Positions 7,927-17,376 of a DNA stretch of 64,000 bases are shown piece by piece. Position numbers and translations under genes: made by a program. Source of the stretch: Alphaproteobacteria bacterium (GTDB taxonomy: Bacteria > Pseudomonadota > Alphaproteobacteria > GCA-2731375); NCBI GenBank assembly GCA_965232515.1, contig CBDDPY010000002.1, positions 6,496,001 to 6,560,000 on the forward strand, written 5' to 3'. The notes under the pieces were generated by a model, which had not been told where the DNA came from, made no database searches, and saw only the letters and a list, made by a program, of their open reading frames with translations. Within the stretch, counting starts at the first letter, position 1. Each line of letters opens with the position of its first letter.

Positions 7927-10248
7927 TTAGAGATCCGCCATCATGGCTTCGATTTCGGCGATCAGGGCCGTCCGATCCGGGGTTGCCGCCCCGCTGCGGG
8001 CGACGTCGAGGGCTTCGCCGTAGAGGGTCCGTGCTTCCTCGGCAGCGTCATGTTCGGCAAGCACGTGGCCCGCCTCCTGCCAGTATTTGGCGGCCAGCGC
8101 CGGTTCATCGGAGGCCGAATAGTGCCGGGCGATCTGTTCCGGCTCGGCGGTTGCGATCTGCGGAAACGCCGTCACGATGACATCGGCGACCCGGCGGTGG
8201 TACGCGCGCCGTGTCCTAAGCAGCATGGCCTCATAGACGGCGTCGCGGACCAGGACATGGCTAAAGCTGTACTCCAGCGTTTCACCGCGACCCCGCTCTT
8301 GCAGAATTCCGGCGTCTCCCAGGGCGGCCAGGGCGTTGTCGAGTTCGTCATCAGCGAGGCCGGCGACCCGCGCTAGGAGCTCACGAGGAAACGCGCGGCC
8401 GATAACCCCCGACCACTCGGCTACCTCTCGCGCCTCCCCGATCTGATCGAGCCGGGACGCCAGCAACCCTTGCAGCGTATCCGGGATGGCCCTGTTGTCC
8501 GCCAACGCGTGTTCGCCCCGGGGATGGGATGCCGCCATGCGCGTTATTTCGCGCAGGTAGAGCGGGACACCGTCGCTGCGCTCCGCGATATCGTCGATCA
8601 TGGCCGCGGGAAAGACCCCAGCATGGGCCTGCTCGGTCAGGAGGCGCATGCACTGGGACCGGCCCAGCGGTTCAAGCGTAACCCTGGTGGCCTCTTGGAG
8701 CCCCGGAAGCGTGACCGCGTAGTTGCTTCTGAAGCTGAGCACCAGCATGAGCGGTATCTCGGCGACCCGCGGAAGCAATCCCTCGAGCGTGGCGAGTGTC
8801 GATGAATCGGCCCACTGAAGGTCGTCGACCAGGAGCACGCCGGGGGCCGCCTGTGCGCTGGAGCCGATCATGAAGAGAAGCGCTTCCTGAGTCCGCTCGC
8901 GCTGGCGCTCGGGATCGAGGCTCAGAGCGGGGCGCTTGTGGGCGGGCGCCGAAACCGAAAGGAGCGAGGCCAGCAGGGACAGTTGGTCCGTTTCTGGGTA
9001 GCCGATCTTGTCCACGAACATCTCGATGGCCCGCAACTGCTTTAGCGGCGGCGTTTCAAGTTCGACGTCCAACATCCGTCGCAGCAGATCCAGCAGCGGA
9101 TACAACGGCGTCCTCCGGTGGTAGGGAGAACATTGGACCCGAAGGACCCTGTCTTCGGGTATGGCGATTTGCGACAGTAGCTCTTCACACAGGCGCGACT
9201 TGCCGATGCCGGGATCACCGCTCAGCACAACGATCCGACCCGTGCCATTCGCGGCACGGCGCCATTCGTTCTTGAGATGGATCAATTCCCAGTCCCGGCC
9301 AACGAAGGGCGGCTCCTCCCAACCGCCGGGCTGCAGCCCGCGGCTGTCCGCTCGGCCAACGGCGAAAAGCCTTTGCGGCTCTCCGTCCACGCAGAAAGTT
9401 GCGGCCTCGACCAGCGGAAACCGTTCCTCCAGGAGACCCGCCGTGACCGTATCCACGATCACGCGGGCATCCGCCGCATCGTGATCATGGTCGGGCGCAA
9501 AGACCGGATCGATCCCGATCAAGAGCTGGCCTGGCATCCCCGCCGTACCAGGGTCGACAATCGCCCGGCCGGTTGCGATGGCGACCGTCGCCTTCAGGTC
9601 CAGGCTCGACGCCAGGTCGATCAGGTTGCGTGCCGCCATTACGGCGACAATCGCGGGCTTTTCTGCGGCACGCGGGTAGCCGACATGGATCACCACGCGG
9701 CGGGCAGATTGCTGCGCGATGCTGCATGGCAGTCCGGCGAGGATATCCGTACACGCGTCGGCAAACGCATGCAGGGCCTCCTGCAACGCTTCGGGATCGG
9801 CTTTTGTCTCCGAGCGATCCAGACGGCATTCCAGCACTGAAACAAAGCGCCGTTCGGGCTTGCCGCGAGCCGGAGCGTCATGTTCGCCGGCGTCTGCCGC
9901 ATCATCGACGGGCGGCGCGCCGTCCGCGGGCGTCGCTTCTTCGGACTGAACGTCCGCTACGAAGCGATAGCCCCGGCCGTGGAACGTTTGAATCGGCTTG
10001 TCGGCGCTTCTGCTTTGACCGAGCGCGTGGCGTATGCGGCTCAGGCACCGGCTGAGCGTGCCGTCGCTGACGTAGATGCCGGGCCAGCAGCTCTCGAGCA
10101 GTTCCTCGCGCGAGACGACCCGCTCGCGGTTCTTGATCAGGAATACGAGGACGTCGAAGACTTTCGGTTCCGTCGGCAGCCATGTATCGCCGTGCAGCAG
10201 CTGGCGCCGGGACTCGTTCACCACAAATTCGCCAAAGGAATAAATCAT
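7927..10248 (-). CDS. Transcriptional regulator: OmpR/ToxR-type wHTH + degenerate class III cyclase-like domain + STAND AAA ATPase + short TPR
   Basis: EPKVFDVLVFLIKNRERVVSREELL...IQTFHGRGYRF (wHTH); ERRFVSVL; FVGRDWE...GDPGIGKS P-loop; DDLQWAD Walker B; FSHVLVRDAVY. Confidence 0.88.
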   Translation of the reverse strand: MIYSFGEFVVNESRRQLLHGDTWLPTEPKVFDVLVFLIKNRERVVSREELLESCWPGIYVSDGTLSRCLSRIRHALGQSRSADKPIQTFHGRGYRFVADVQSEEATPADGAPPVDDAADAGEHDAPARGKPERRFVSVLECRLDRSETKADPEALQEALHAFADACTDILAGLPCSIAQQSARRVVIHVGYPRAAEKPAIVAVMAARNLIDLASSLDLKATVAIATGRAIVDPGTAGMPGQLLIGIDPVFAPDHDHDAADARVIVDTVTAGLLEERFPLVEAATFCVDGEPQRLFAVGRADSRGLQPGGWEEPPFVGRDWELIHLKNEWRRAANGTGRIVVLSGDPGIGKSRLCEELLSQIAIPEDRVLRVQCSPYHRRTPLYPLLDLLRRMLDVELETPPLKQLRAIEMFVDKIGYPETDQLSLLASLLSVSAPAHKRPALSLDPERQRERTQEALLFMIGSSAQAAPGVLLVDDLQWADSSTLATLEGLLPRVAEIPLMLVLSFRSNYAVTLPGLQEATRVTLEPLGRSQCMRLLTEQAHAGVFPAAMIDDIAERSDGVPLYLREITRMAASHPRGEHALADNRAIPDTLQGLLASRLDQIGEAREVAEWSGVIGRAFPRELLARVAGLADDELDNALAALGDAGILQERGRGETLEYSFSHVLVRDAVYEAMLLRTRRAYHRRVADVIVTAFPQIATAEPEQIARHYSASDEPALAAKYWQEAGHVLAEHDAAEEARTLYGEALDVARSGAATPDRTALIAEIEAMMADL

Positions 10249-10297
10249 CGTCTCAAACCGTTGTTTGCAGTGGTCGGTGCCGTCAGACCCTGTTTCA

Positions 10298-12427
10298 TCA
10301 TTCGACTATGTATTGCAGGGTGCGCGGCGTCGTCCGTTGTCCCGCCTGTATCAGGCGACTGGGACCGGAAAGCCGGCGGCGGAATTCGTCCGTGACCCGG
10401 CGCGCCTGCGAGGCATCGTGAATGAGTCTCGGTGTGATGATCACCAACAGCTCCGTCCGGTCGTCCTTGTTGCTGGTGGACCGGAACAGGGTGCCCGCAA
10501 CGGGAATGTCGCCCAGAAGCGGAACCTTGGTCCGTGATCTCTCGCGCCTGTCGCGGATGAGTCCGCCAAGCGCAACGCTCTGGCCGTCGTCGACGGCCAC
10601 GGTCGTGGTGATGATGCGCTGTTGTATCGTCGGTGAATCGATTCCCGACGTGACGGTCGAAATCACGTCGCTCACTTCCTGATCGATCTCCAGTATCACC
10701 CGGCCCGACGAACTGACGCGCGGGCGGACCTTGAGAATGACACCCGTGTCCTCCTGCGTGATCGAATTGACAATCGGCGCGTCCGGGTCGGACGTGCTAA
10801 CCACGCTTTGGGTCGCGATCGGTACCTTGTCGCCGACGCTGAGCAGGGCCTCCCGGTTGTCGAGTACTAGCACCGATGGGGTCGAGACGATGTTGACATC
10901 CGTAACAGAGTCCAGGGCATTGATTGCCGCGCGGATGTCGCTCGTAGCGAAAATCGCATTGAAGCTCGGAATGAGCGCGGCCGGCTGTACCGATCCGGAT
11001 TGGATGCCTGTGAAATTGAAGTTGAAATTCCCGGTCTCGAAGAACCATCTGACACCAAAGTCGAGATCATCGTTCAAGGTTACTTCGGCGATAGTCGCCT
11101 CCAACAGGACCTGATGAGCGACCTGATCAAGCCGGGTAATAAGCTGGCCGATTTGCTGCTGCTCCGCCCCGGTACCGAAGGCAATAATCGCGTTGCTGAC
11201 GTCGTCCGCCACGACCCTGGGTGGCGCGCCGGTACGTTGCCCGCCACTCGCCTCCGCCTCGGCCGCGCCCGATGTCGCCCCCGTCGCGGTCGCATCCGTT
11301 ACGACTGAAGGCCCGAACGACAGCAGTTCCGCAAGGACCGGAAGGAGATCGACGGCCGTGCGGTTTTCGAGATGGTAAATGACGGCACGACGGATCTCCT
11401 GGCCCGCAGCCGATTCGAACCGCTCGATCCAGGCCTCGGCGCGGGCGACATAGTCCGGCTGCGACGAAATAATGAGGATTGAGGACAGGGTGTCGTTGGG
11501 CACGAAGCGCACCACGCCCTCGAGCGCGCCGCCTTCGTAGGCATCGAATACCTGTTCGAGCTCACTTGCGATCTCGGATGGGTCCGCATTCCGGAGCGTA
11601 TAGAGCGAAACCGATTTGTCCCGAAGCACGTCGATATCGAATGTGCTGACGGCATCGAGGATCGCGTCGATATCCGCGCCGCTGCCGCCGGCGAACAAGA
11701 TGTTGCGCTGCCTGTTCGAGCTCATGGTCACCGACGGCGAGACGATCGGTTGCAGGATGCGGATCATTTCTGTCGCGGAGATGAACTTCAACGGCAAGAC
11801 GTACACGGCCCGGTCCGCGGGGCGCGTGCGTGCGCTCAATCGAAACCGGGACACCCCAACGGTGGCGGGGATTGCCTCGACGACATAAACGTTGTTTTCC
11901 AGTTTCAGCGACAGGCCATTCAATTCCAGGACAGTATTGAATGTCTCGAGCAGGTCGTTGCGGTTGAGCGGACTGGTGGTGAGCAACGTGATCGTGCCTT
12001 GGGCATCGGGTGCAAGTGAGTAGCTGGCACCCAACGTGTCGCCCAGAATCGCCTTCGTGGCCTGCGCGACGGGAACCTCCATCAGGTTGACAGAATAGGT
12101 GCCGTCGTCGACCTGTTGTATTGTGATTTCGGGCAGAAGTCTGCCGGTTCGGCCGATGAATTCGCCGCTTCCAATCTGGCGATACGCAGATCGCGTGCCC
12201 ACGTTCCCCGACGGTGCGGCCGGCGCTGGAGTCGCACCAGGCGTTCGTCCTGCGGTATCCGGCGGTACGGGCTGGACCGGGTGGAGATCGCCCGGTTCCG
12301 TTTTCGACGCCACGCAGCCGACGAGGATCAGCATCGCAGCCAGAAGAACCGCCGGCCCCGTGGCAACTGCGCGGCAACACGTCCTGCCAAAAGACGGCGG
12401 CGCCCTGTGAACGCTTCCGAACAGCAT
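10298..12427 (-). CDS. gspD: Secretin, GspD/XpsD-like, probable lipoprotein (start approximate)
   Basis: Lipobox LVGC, N-domain repeats, QVLLEATIAEVTL and VPLLGDIPVAGTLFRS..RTELLVIITPRLI secretin signature. Confidence 0.88.
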   Translation of the reverse strand: MLFGSVHRAPPSFGRTCCRAVATGPAVLLAAMLILVGCVASKTEPGDLHPVQPVPPDTAGRTPGATPAPAAPSGNVGTRSAYRQIGSGEFIGRTGRLLPEITIQQVDDGTYSVNLMEVPVAQATKAILGDTLGASYSLAPDAQGTITLLTTSPLNRNDLLETFNTVLELNGLSLKLENNVYVVEAIPATVGVSRFRLSARTRPADRAVYVLPLKFISATEMIRILQPIVSPSVTMSSNRQRNILFAGGSGADIDAILDAVSTFDIDVLRDKSVSLYTLRNADPSEIASELEQVFDAYEGGALEGVVRFVPNDTLSSILIISSQPDYVARAEAWIERFESAAGQEIRRAVIYHLENRTAVDLLPVLAELLSFGPSVVTDATATGATSGAAEAEASGGQRTGAPPRVVADDVSNAIIAFGTGAEQQQIGQLITRLDQVAHQVLLEATIAEVTLNDDLDFGVRWFFETGNFNFNFTGIQSGSVQPAALIPSFNAIFATSDIRAAINALDSVTDVNIVSTPSVLVLDNREALLSVGDKVPIATQSVVSTSDPDAPIVNSITQEDTGVILKVRPRVSSSGRVILEIDQEVSDVISTVTSGIDSPTIQQRIITTTVAVDDGQSVALGGLIRDRRERSRTKVPLLGDIPVAGTLFRSTSNKDDRTELLVIITPRLIHDASQARRVTDEFRRRLSGPSRLIQAGQRTTPRTLQYIVE

Positions 12428-12679
12428 CTTCAACACATGTCCGCCACGTTTCAGGTCCGCTGCGTAGCCCGCCGCAAGTCGCCTGTCTCGCCAGTGCCAC
12501 GCTAATCCAAGTTGCGTGAGTAGTCGAACGCGAGCGCCCGCAAAGGTTCTCGAGCCGTCTGTCGAACTATTCATGAGAACGCAGTCGACGGCCGCTAATC
12601 CAGGAGCCGGTCGTTGGTGGTGCAACAAGTTGGGCGTCGACGTCATCGCTTTTCGTACCATCGCCAGACGTCTCAGACC

Positions 12680-12708
12680 GTCCGAATAACGTCCGAACAC
12701 GGTCCGAA
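12680..12708 (+). promoter_or_regulatory. Triple heptamer direct repeat GTCCGAA at 11-bp period
   Basis: Exact GTCCGAA at 12680, 12691 and 12702, upstream of a chaperone-effector operon. Confidence 0.7.
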
Positions 12709-12781
12709 TTCGTAAGGCCAAAAGTGTCCGCTGGAATGCAATCTTTGACGGGTCTCGCCGGGACAGAAGGCGAAGGTGCGC

Positions 12782-13249
12782 ATGAGCGACAAGGCGACCG
12801 CGGAAAAACTGTTTCAAGAACTCGGGCCCCTGCTTGACCCGGCTGCCATTGTCTATGACGACGCGGCCGCCCAGTGGGCCGTTGTCATCGACGATCGGAC
12901 CCGGATCGATGTGGGTTTCGATGAAACCGCCGGGCAGTTCGTCTTCGCCCTCGATCTTGGTCAGGTGCCCGACCGGAGCGCGGACACGGTACATGAGCTG
13001 CTGCTGCGTTTCAGTTTCTTGTGGCGCGAAACCGGAGGTCTGACCGCGGCGCTCGACGCCGAGGGCCGGGCTGTCCTGATGTACAGACATGCGGTGCAGG
13101 ACCTTGAGCTGCAGCGTTTGCACACCCTGTTGCAGAATCTCGTCCATCACCGTCGCATTTGGGCGGACCTGATCGCCAGGTCGGAGACGGAAGCGATCGA
13201 CGCCGCGGCGGCCGAGAGCCCGGCCCCGTTCGGCGCCATAAAGGTCTGA
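12782..13249 (+). CDS. CesT-family type III secretion chaperone
   Basis: 155 aa, acidic; ELLLRFSFLWRETGGLTAALD motif and C-terminal amphipathic helix. Confidence 0.82.
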   Translation: MSDKATAEKLFQELGPLLDPAAIVYDDAAAQWAVVIDDRTRIDVGFDETAGQFVFALDLGQVPDRSADTVHELLLRFSFLWRETGGLTAALDAEGRAVLMYRHAVQDLELQRLHTLLQNLVHHRRIWADLIARSETEAIDAAAAESPAPFGAIKV

Positions 13250-13273
13250 CACCGACACGGGAGGAGCGCGATC

Positions 13274-14515
13274 ATGACCGATCAGATTCGGATCAACGGG
13301 AAGACGGAATTCGCCGAGCTAAGCGCCTTCGTGCAGGCGCACAAGGGCAAGACCGCCTTTGCCCTGGATGACAACGGCATCCAGATCTATGCCAGTGACC
13401 GGGCCGCGGCCGAGCCGGATGCAAAAGGCCTTGCTGATGCCATGCGCAAAAGCGCGGCATCGCCGACGGGACAGGATCTGGCAAGAAAGGCGCTCTACAT
13501 TTCGCTTTCGAATACCTACGGCAAGGACGTCGCCGACCATGTGGTCATGCGCATGCGCCAGGACCTCTTGGCGCCGGACGCCAGTCTCAGCGATCTGATG
13601 AGCAAGGCGACGGACACGATCGACAACATGTTCAAGAGCGGCGGTCTGGACGACCAGTCTGAACTGTATCGGCAGCAGGCGGCCATCCTGGATGACGCGA
13701 AGTTAGTCGCGGACGCCGACCGGGCTGCCGGCAAGGACGGGGCCCCTAAAGATAAAAGGAACGCGGCGTTCGAGAACGGCCCGGTGTCTCTCTCGGACCG
13801 CACCTACGTCCCACCGGCCTCGGCGCACCCCCATGCGGATGGCATCGTCGCCGAACTCAGGGAACCCATCGCCTCACCGGTGGTCGCCGAGAAGGACGAC
13901 AAGGAACCGCCACGGCTCGATCCGCACAGTGGCAGCACCGCCGGCCTCGATACCAGAGAAGACGGCGATGACGACAATGAGGCCGTTCGCGAGGCGTCGA
14001 CAAAGGCCAACAAGGCGCCGGAGGAGCAGCTGTCTGCCGCCGCGGCGTCGGGCGCGATAAGGGAGCTGCCGGCCGACCTGGCGAAGGTGCACGGCGCCCT
14101 CGACAAAATGCAGGATGTCTATGACGACATTCAGCTGGCAGTTTCCAGATCGCAGCAGAAGCAAGCCGCGCGCCGCCGGGCCATGATCGGGAAAAACGGT
14201 GGCCACCGTGCGGCCACTGTCGATCAGGCCATGAACGCCACCTACCGCGACAACATACGGAAAATGATGGGCCAGAACTTCATCGACGTCGCCGAAAGAG
14301 GTGGCGGCAACGGCGTGCCCAGCTTTACCAAGCTGCTCGAGTCCGCCAACCTTCCGACCGACAATGCCGTCGTGCGGGACAAGGCCAAGGAATACGTGCT
14401 TGAGGCGTTCCGGAGCTACGACAAGAACGACTTCAACACACTGACGAATGCGCAGCGGGCGAACGATGTCGCCCTGCCGGCGCTGCAGAAGTACCACGAC
14501 TTGCGCGAGATCTAG
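13274..14515 (+). CDS. Hypothetical protein, candidate type III secreted effector (413 aa)
   Basis: GGAGGAG RBS, 24 bp after the chaperone; disordered central region; no family recognised. Confidence 0.72.
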   Translation: MTDQIRINGKTEFAELSAFVQAHKGKTAFALDDNGIQIYASDRAAAEPDAKGLADAMRKSAASPTGQDLARKALYISLSNTYGKDVADHVVMRMRQDLLAPDASLSDLMSKATDTIDNMFKSGGLDDQSELYRQQAAILDDAKLVADADRAAGKDGAPKDKRNAAFENGPVSLSDRTYVPPASAHPHADGIVAELREPIASPVVAEKDDKEPPRLDPHSGSTAGLDTREDGDDDNEAVREASTKANKAPEEQLSAAAASGAIRELPADLAKVHGALDKMQDVYDDIQLAVSRSQQKQAARRRAMIGKNGGHRAATVDQAMNATYRDNIRKMMGQNFIDVAERGGGNGVPSFTKLLESANLPTDNAVVRDKAKEYVLEAFRSYDKNDFNTLTNAQRANDVALPALQKYHDLREI

Positions 14516-14599
14516 GGCTGGTTCTGCGCAGGCGTTACGGAAGCGGCAGATACGGCCCCGGAGCCGAGCGTCGGCGGCGATGCCCTGTAAATCTTCGGT

Positions 14600-14711
14600 G
14601 TCATCCCGGCCTTGAGCCGGGATCCATCGCCCACCGGTTCCGGGACGCGCTGTCGCGATCCGGTCGCGCACCCTAGATCCCGGATCTCCGCTGCGCTTCG
14701 TCCGGGATGAC
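14600..14711. repeat. REP-like intergenic palindromic element
   Basis: gtcatcccgg...ccgggatgac terminal inverted repeats with internal hairpins; related element at 36887. Confidence 0.7.
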
Positions 14712-14747
14712 GGGCTGGGGCAGGCGCCGCAACGCCAACGCCAAACC

Positions 14748-14779
14748 GAAAAGGGGCCGCATGGATATCCATGCGGCCC
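14748..14779 (-). terminator. Rho-independent terminator of the translocon operon
   Basis: gggccgcatgga-ta-tccatgcggccc stem followed by TTTT on the minus strand. Confidence 0.75.
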
Positions 14780-14804
14780 TGTTGCTCCGGTGTCGATGGT
14801 GCGA

Positions 14805-15635
14805 TCAGCCGATCTTCGTGGCGTTGGACGCCGCCTCCATCGACTTCGCCTGGGCCTGGGTGGCGCTGTCCATCGCGTCCGTTGTCTTGTTGATCGACGT
14901 GCCCGCGTCGTTGACGAGTTGGTCCATCGCCTGTCCGGTGTGTTCCGTCGATTTGGACTGGCTGTCGAGCGTGGTCAGTTTCGACTCGCCTTCTCCGATC
15001 TCCATTTCATAGTGACTGTCGACACCCGTGGCCGAGGCGTCAAAGACGCCGTTCATTCCCTGCGCGAGGCCGATGTTGCCCGGTTGCGCAATGCCGACGG
15101 CGCCGCTGGCGCCGGCGCCGGCGCCTTTGAGAGCGGCACCCCATATCGCCTTGTTCCGTCTCATCTTGGCGTTGTCGACCTGTTGGTCGGCTTTGTCCTG
15201 GGCGATGTTGTAGTCCGCGTTCATTTCGGCCAACGAGGCATCCGCGCCTGTCCTCTCCGCCTTCGCGTCGGCTGCTCCGATCTGCTGCAGCAGGGCGTAA
15301 ACGATCGCCAGGACGTTCTTGCAGTACGCGAAGGCCGCCGGAGTCAAGTTGTTGATCTGAGGATTATTGGCGGCGGTGTTCGGGTCCGCCTTGGGCGGAT
15401 CCAGGGGGGTGGACGCCGCCGCGCTGCCCCCATCGTTCTTGACATCTTGCTTGTGGTGGCGGTGGTGGTGGATGCCAAAGGGATCGTGCCCGAACCCGGG
15501 CCCGCCGTGCATGCCGGCGATGCCGCTCCCAGGGCGCATGCCTGGTCCGTGCGGTCCATGCCGATCGTGGGGGTCCGGACCGGCATTGGGATCGATCGCC
15601 GGGGGGTTGGTGGAGCCGTCAATCTGGTTGACCAT
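14805..15635 (-). CDS. Putative minor translocator (SctB/YopD-like position), His-rich N-terminus
   Basis: AAGGA RBS; last gene of the operon; Gly/Ala amphipathic segment flanked by coiled coils. Confidence 0.62.
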   Translation of the reverse strand: MVNQIDGSTNPPAIDPNAGPDPHDRHGPHGPGMRPGSGIAGMHGGPGFGHDPFGIHHHRHHKQDVKNDGGSAAASTPLDPPKADPNTAANNPQINNLTPAAFAYCKNVLAIVYALLQQIGAADAKAERTGADASLAEMNADYNIAQDKADQQVDNAKMRRNKAIWGAALKGAGAGASGAVGIAQPGNIGLAQGMNGVFDASATGVDSHYEMEIGEGESKLTTLDSQSKSTEHTGQAMDQLVNDAGTSINKTTDAMDSATQAQAKSMEAASNATKIG

Positions 15636-15848
15636 TGTCTTGTCCTTTCTTCCAAGTCTGCGTTTAGTGTGAATTTGCCTGCATGAGCCGTGCGGCGACG
15701 GTCGTTCCAGGCGTCTGGGGGACGGCGTTCCGCGGGCCGCTTTCAGCCGTCCGGGACGGGCCTTGCGTGTCCGGCGGTACCGGCGGCGCAAGGGGCCTCG
15801 AGGTGGCGACGTTGCCTGTCATGGCGTCCGCCTTGTCGTTCCGGGTAC

Positions 15849-17357
15849 CTAGACGGTGCCGCCCGACGTCGGCGACGTGACCACGGCGCTCCTGCCCGCG
15901 GTGGATTGCGCTTCTGCCTGGTTCTGCGACATCTCGGCCGTGGATGCCATCGTCTTCTCGAAGTCCTGCATGGCGTCCTTCAAGAACTTGATCCACGTGT
16001 TGATCATCTTCCGCTGGAACTTCAGGTCGGCGTCGATTGCCGTGATGTCGGCGTCGTCCTCGTCGATGTCCTGCTGTGCGTCGGCGGCTTCGACTTCGAC
16101 CGTCGTCAGACCGCCGGCGTTGACCATTTGGGTCGCTGACGATACCCGCCTGATCATGTTCGCCAGTTGCAACGTCGGGGGGTCCTCGCCGCCAGGATGC
16201 GGCTTCCCTTTGACGCCCTCGTTGCCATAGTCGCCCTCGGGGGCGTCGCTGGACCTGGCGCCGCTCGCGTCCTTGGGCCCGGCCTTCTTGGCGGCTTCGG
16301 TGGCAACATCCTCGGTGACTTCCTCCGCGACGCGTTCGGAACTCTCCTCGGCGGCGGCGGTGGCCTGTTTCGGCGCGCTGCCTGCCTGGGCCGCGATTTG
16401 CGTATCCCTAACGGCCTCTTGGGACCCTTCGCCGAACTCTTCAAACGTCCCTTCCGCCGTTGACGCAGACTTCTTCGCAGATGCTTTGGCGACGTTGGCG
16501 GCCACCTCTTCGGTAATGCCTTCGGTGCTCTCCTCGGTGACGATGCTGGCGTCCTCGGCCACGGACTCGGTCGCGGCCGCGGTACCTTCGCTGCTGGCCT
16601 CTGCGCTTGCTTCCATGCTGGCCTGCAGGCTCGCTTCCGTTGCCGCCGCAGTCTCGTCGGTGGCCGCGGCGGCGATTTCGCCGCCCGCCAGCATGGCCAT
16701 CCTGATCGCCGCGGCGATGCTGGCGAGAGCAAGGGCAAGCTGGATCACCATCATGGCGATCTGAAACGCCTTCGCGCCCTCAGGGTCCTTCTCGGCCCAT
16801 TTGTCCATCTCGCCACTGACGTCGAGGGCTCCGGTCGTCGCAGTCACGACGAAGGCCGCCATGGCGAGATAGCCGAGCACGCCACCCGCAATGCCGCCCG
16901 TGACGCCAGTGATGACCAGACCGGCGATGAGAATGCCGATCTTCCACTTCTTCATCACCTTCATCTTGTGGGCCAGCTTGGCGACCTTCTTGGCCGCGTC
17001 GTTGACCGTTTTGATGGTCTTTTGCGTGTCGATGTCGGATTGTTTCTGGTGGTGCTTGATTGTCGTATCGGCGAGCGCCGCCCCGACAGCCATGAACTTC
17101 GCGCTCAATTGCTCGATGTACATGATCATGGCCTCGGGCGTCATCGAGACCGGTGGCTCAAGGTCCTGCATCGACGGCAGTTGGACGTCCGTGCTTTTGC
17201 CGTCGGCCGTCTTCTTCTGAATCGTCAGAACGGACGTGGACGTGCCGGCGCCGTCAGCACCGCCACTGCCGGATGGCGGCAGCGGGGACTCCAGGTCCAG
17301 GCTGTAGGGGTCGCCCAGGTCCTGGTTGCCGCCGATGGCGGCCGCATCGCTGGTCAT
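15849..17357 (-). CDS. Putative major translocator (SctE/YopB/SseC-like)
   Basis: Follows the SycD-type chaperone; N-terminal Pro-Leu motifs, coiled coil, long central hydrophobic region, C-terminal coiled coil. Confidence 0.78.
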   Translation of the reverse strand: MTSDAAAIGGNQDLGDPYSLDLESPLPPSGSGGADGAGTSTSVLTIQKKTADGKSTDVQLPSMQDLEPPVSMTPEAMIMYIEQLSAKFMAVGAALADTTIKHHQKQSDIDTQKTIKTVNDAAKKVAKLAHKMKVMKKWKIGILIAGLVITGVTGGIAGGVLGYLAMAAFVVTATTGALDVSGEMDKWAEKDPEGAKAFQIAMMVIQLALALASIAAAIRMAMLAGGEIAAAATDETAAATEASLQASMEASAEASSEGTAAATESVAEDASIVTEESTEGITEEVAANVAKASAKKSASTAEGTFEEFGEGSQEAVRDTQIAAQAGSAPKQATAAAEESSERVAEEVTEDVATEAAKKAGPKDASGARSSDAPEGDYGNEGVKGKPHPGGEDPPTLQLANMIRRVSSATQMVNAGGLTTVEVEAADAQQDIDEDDADITAIDADLKFQRKMINTWIKFLKDAMQDFEKTMASTAEMSQNQAEAQSTAGRSAVVTSPTSGGTV

Positions 17358-17376
17358 GGTCCCGCTCTTTCTTCGA

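Noticed and set aside
12428-13258. N-terminal 277 aa of the 986-aa secretin ORF
   Set aside because: Antisense to the CesT chaperone and its promoter; the lipoprotein signal marks a start near 12427.
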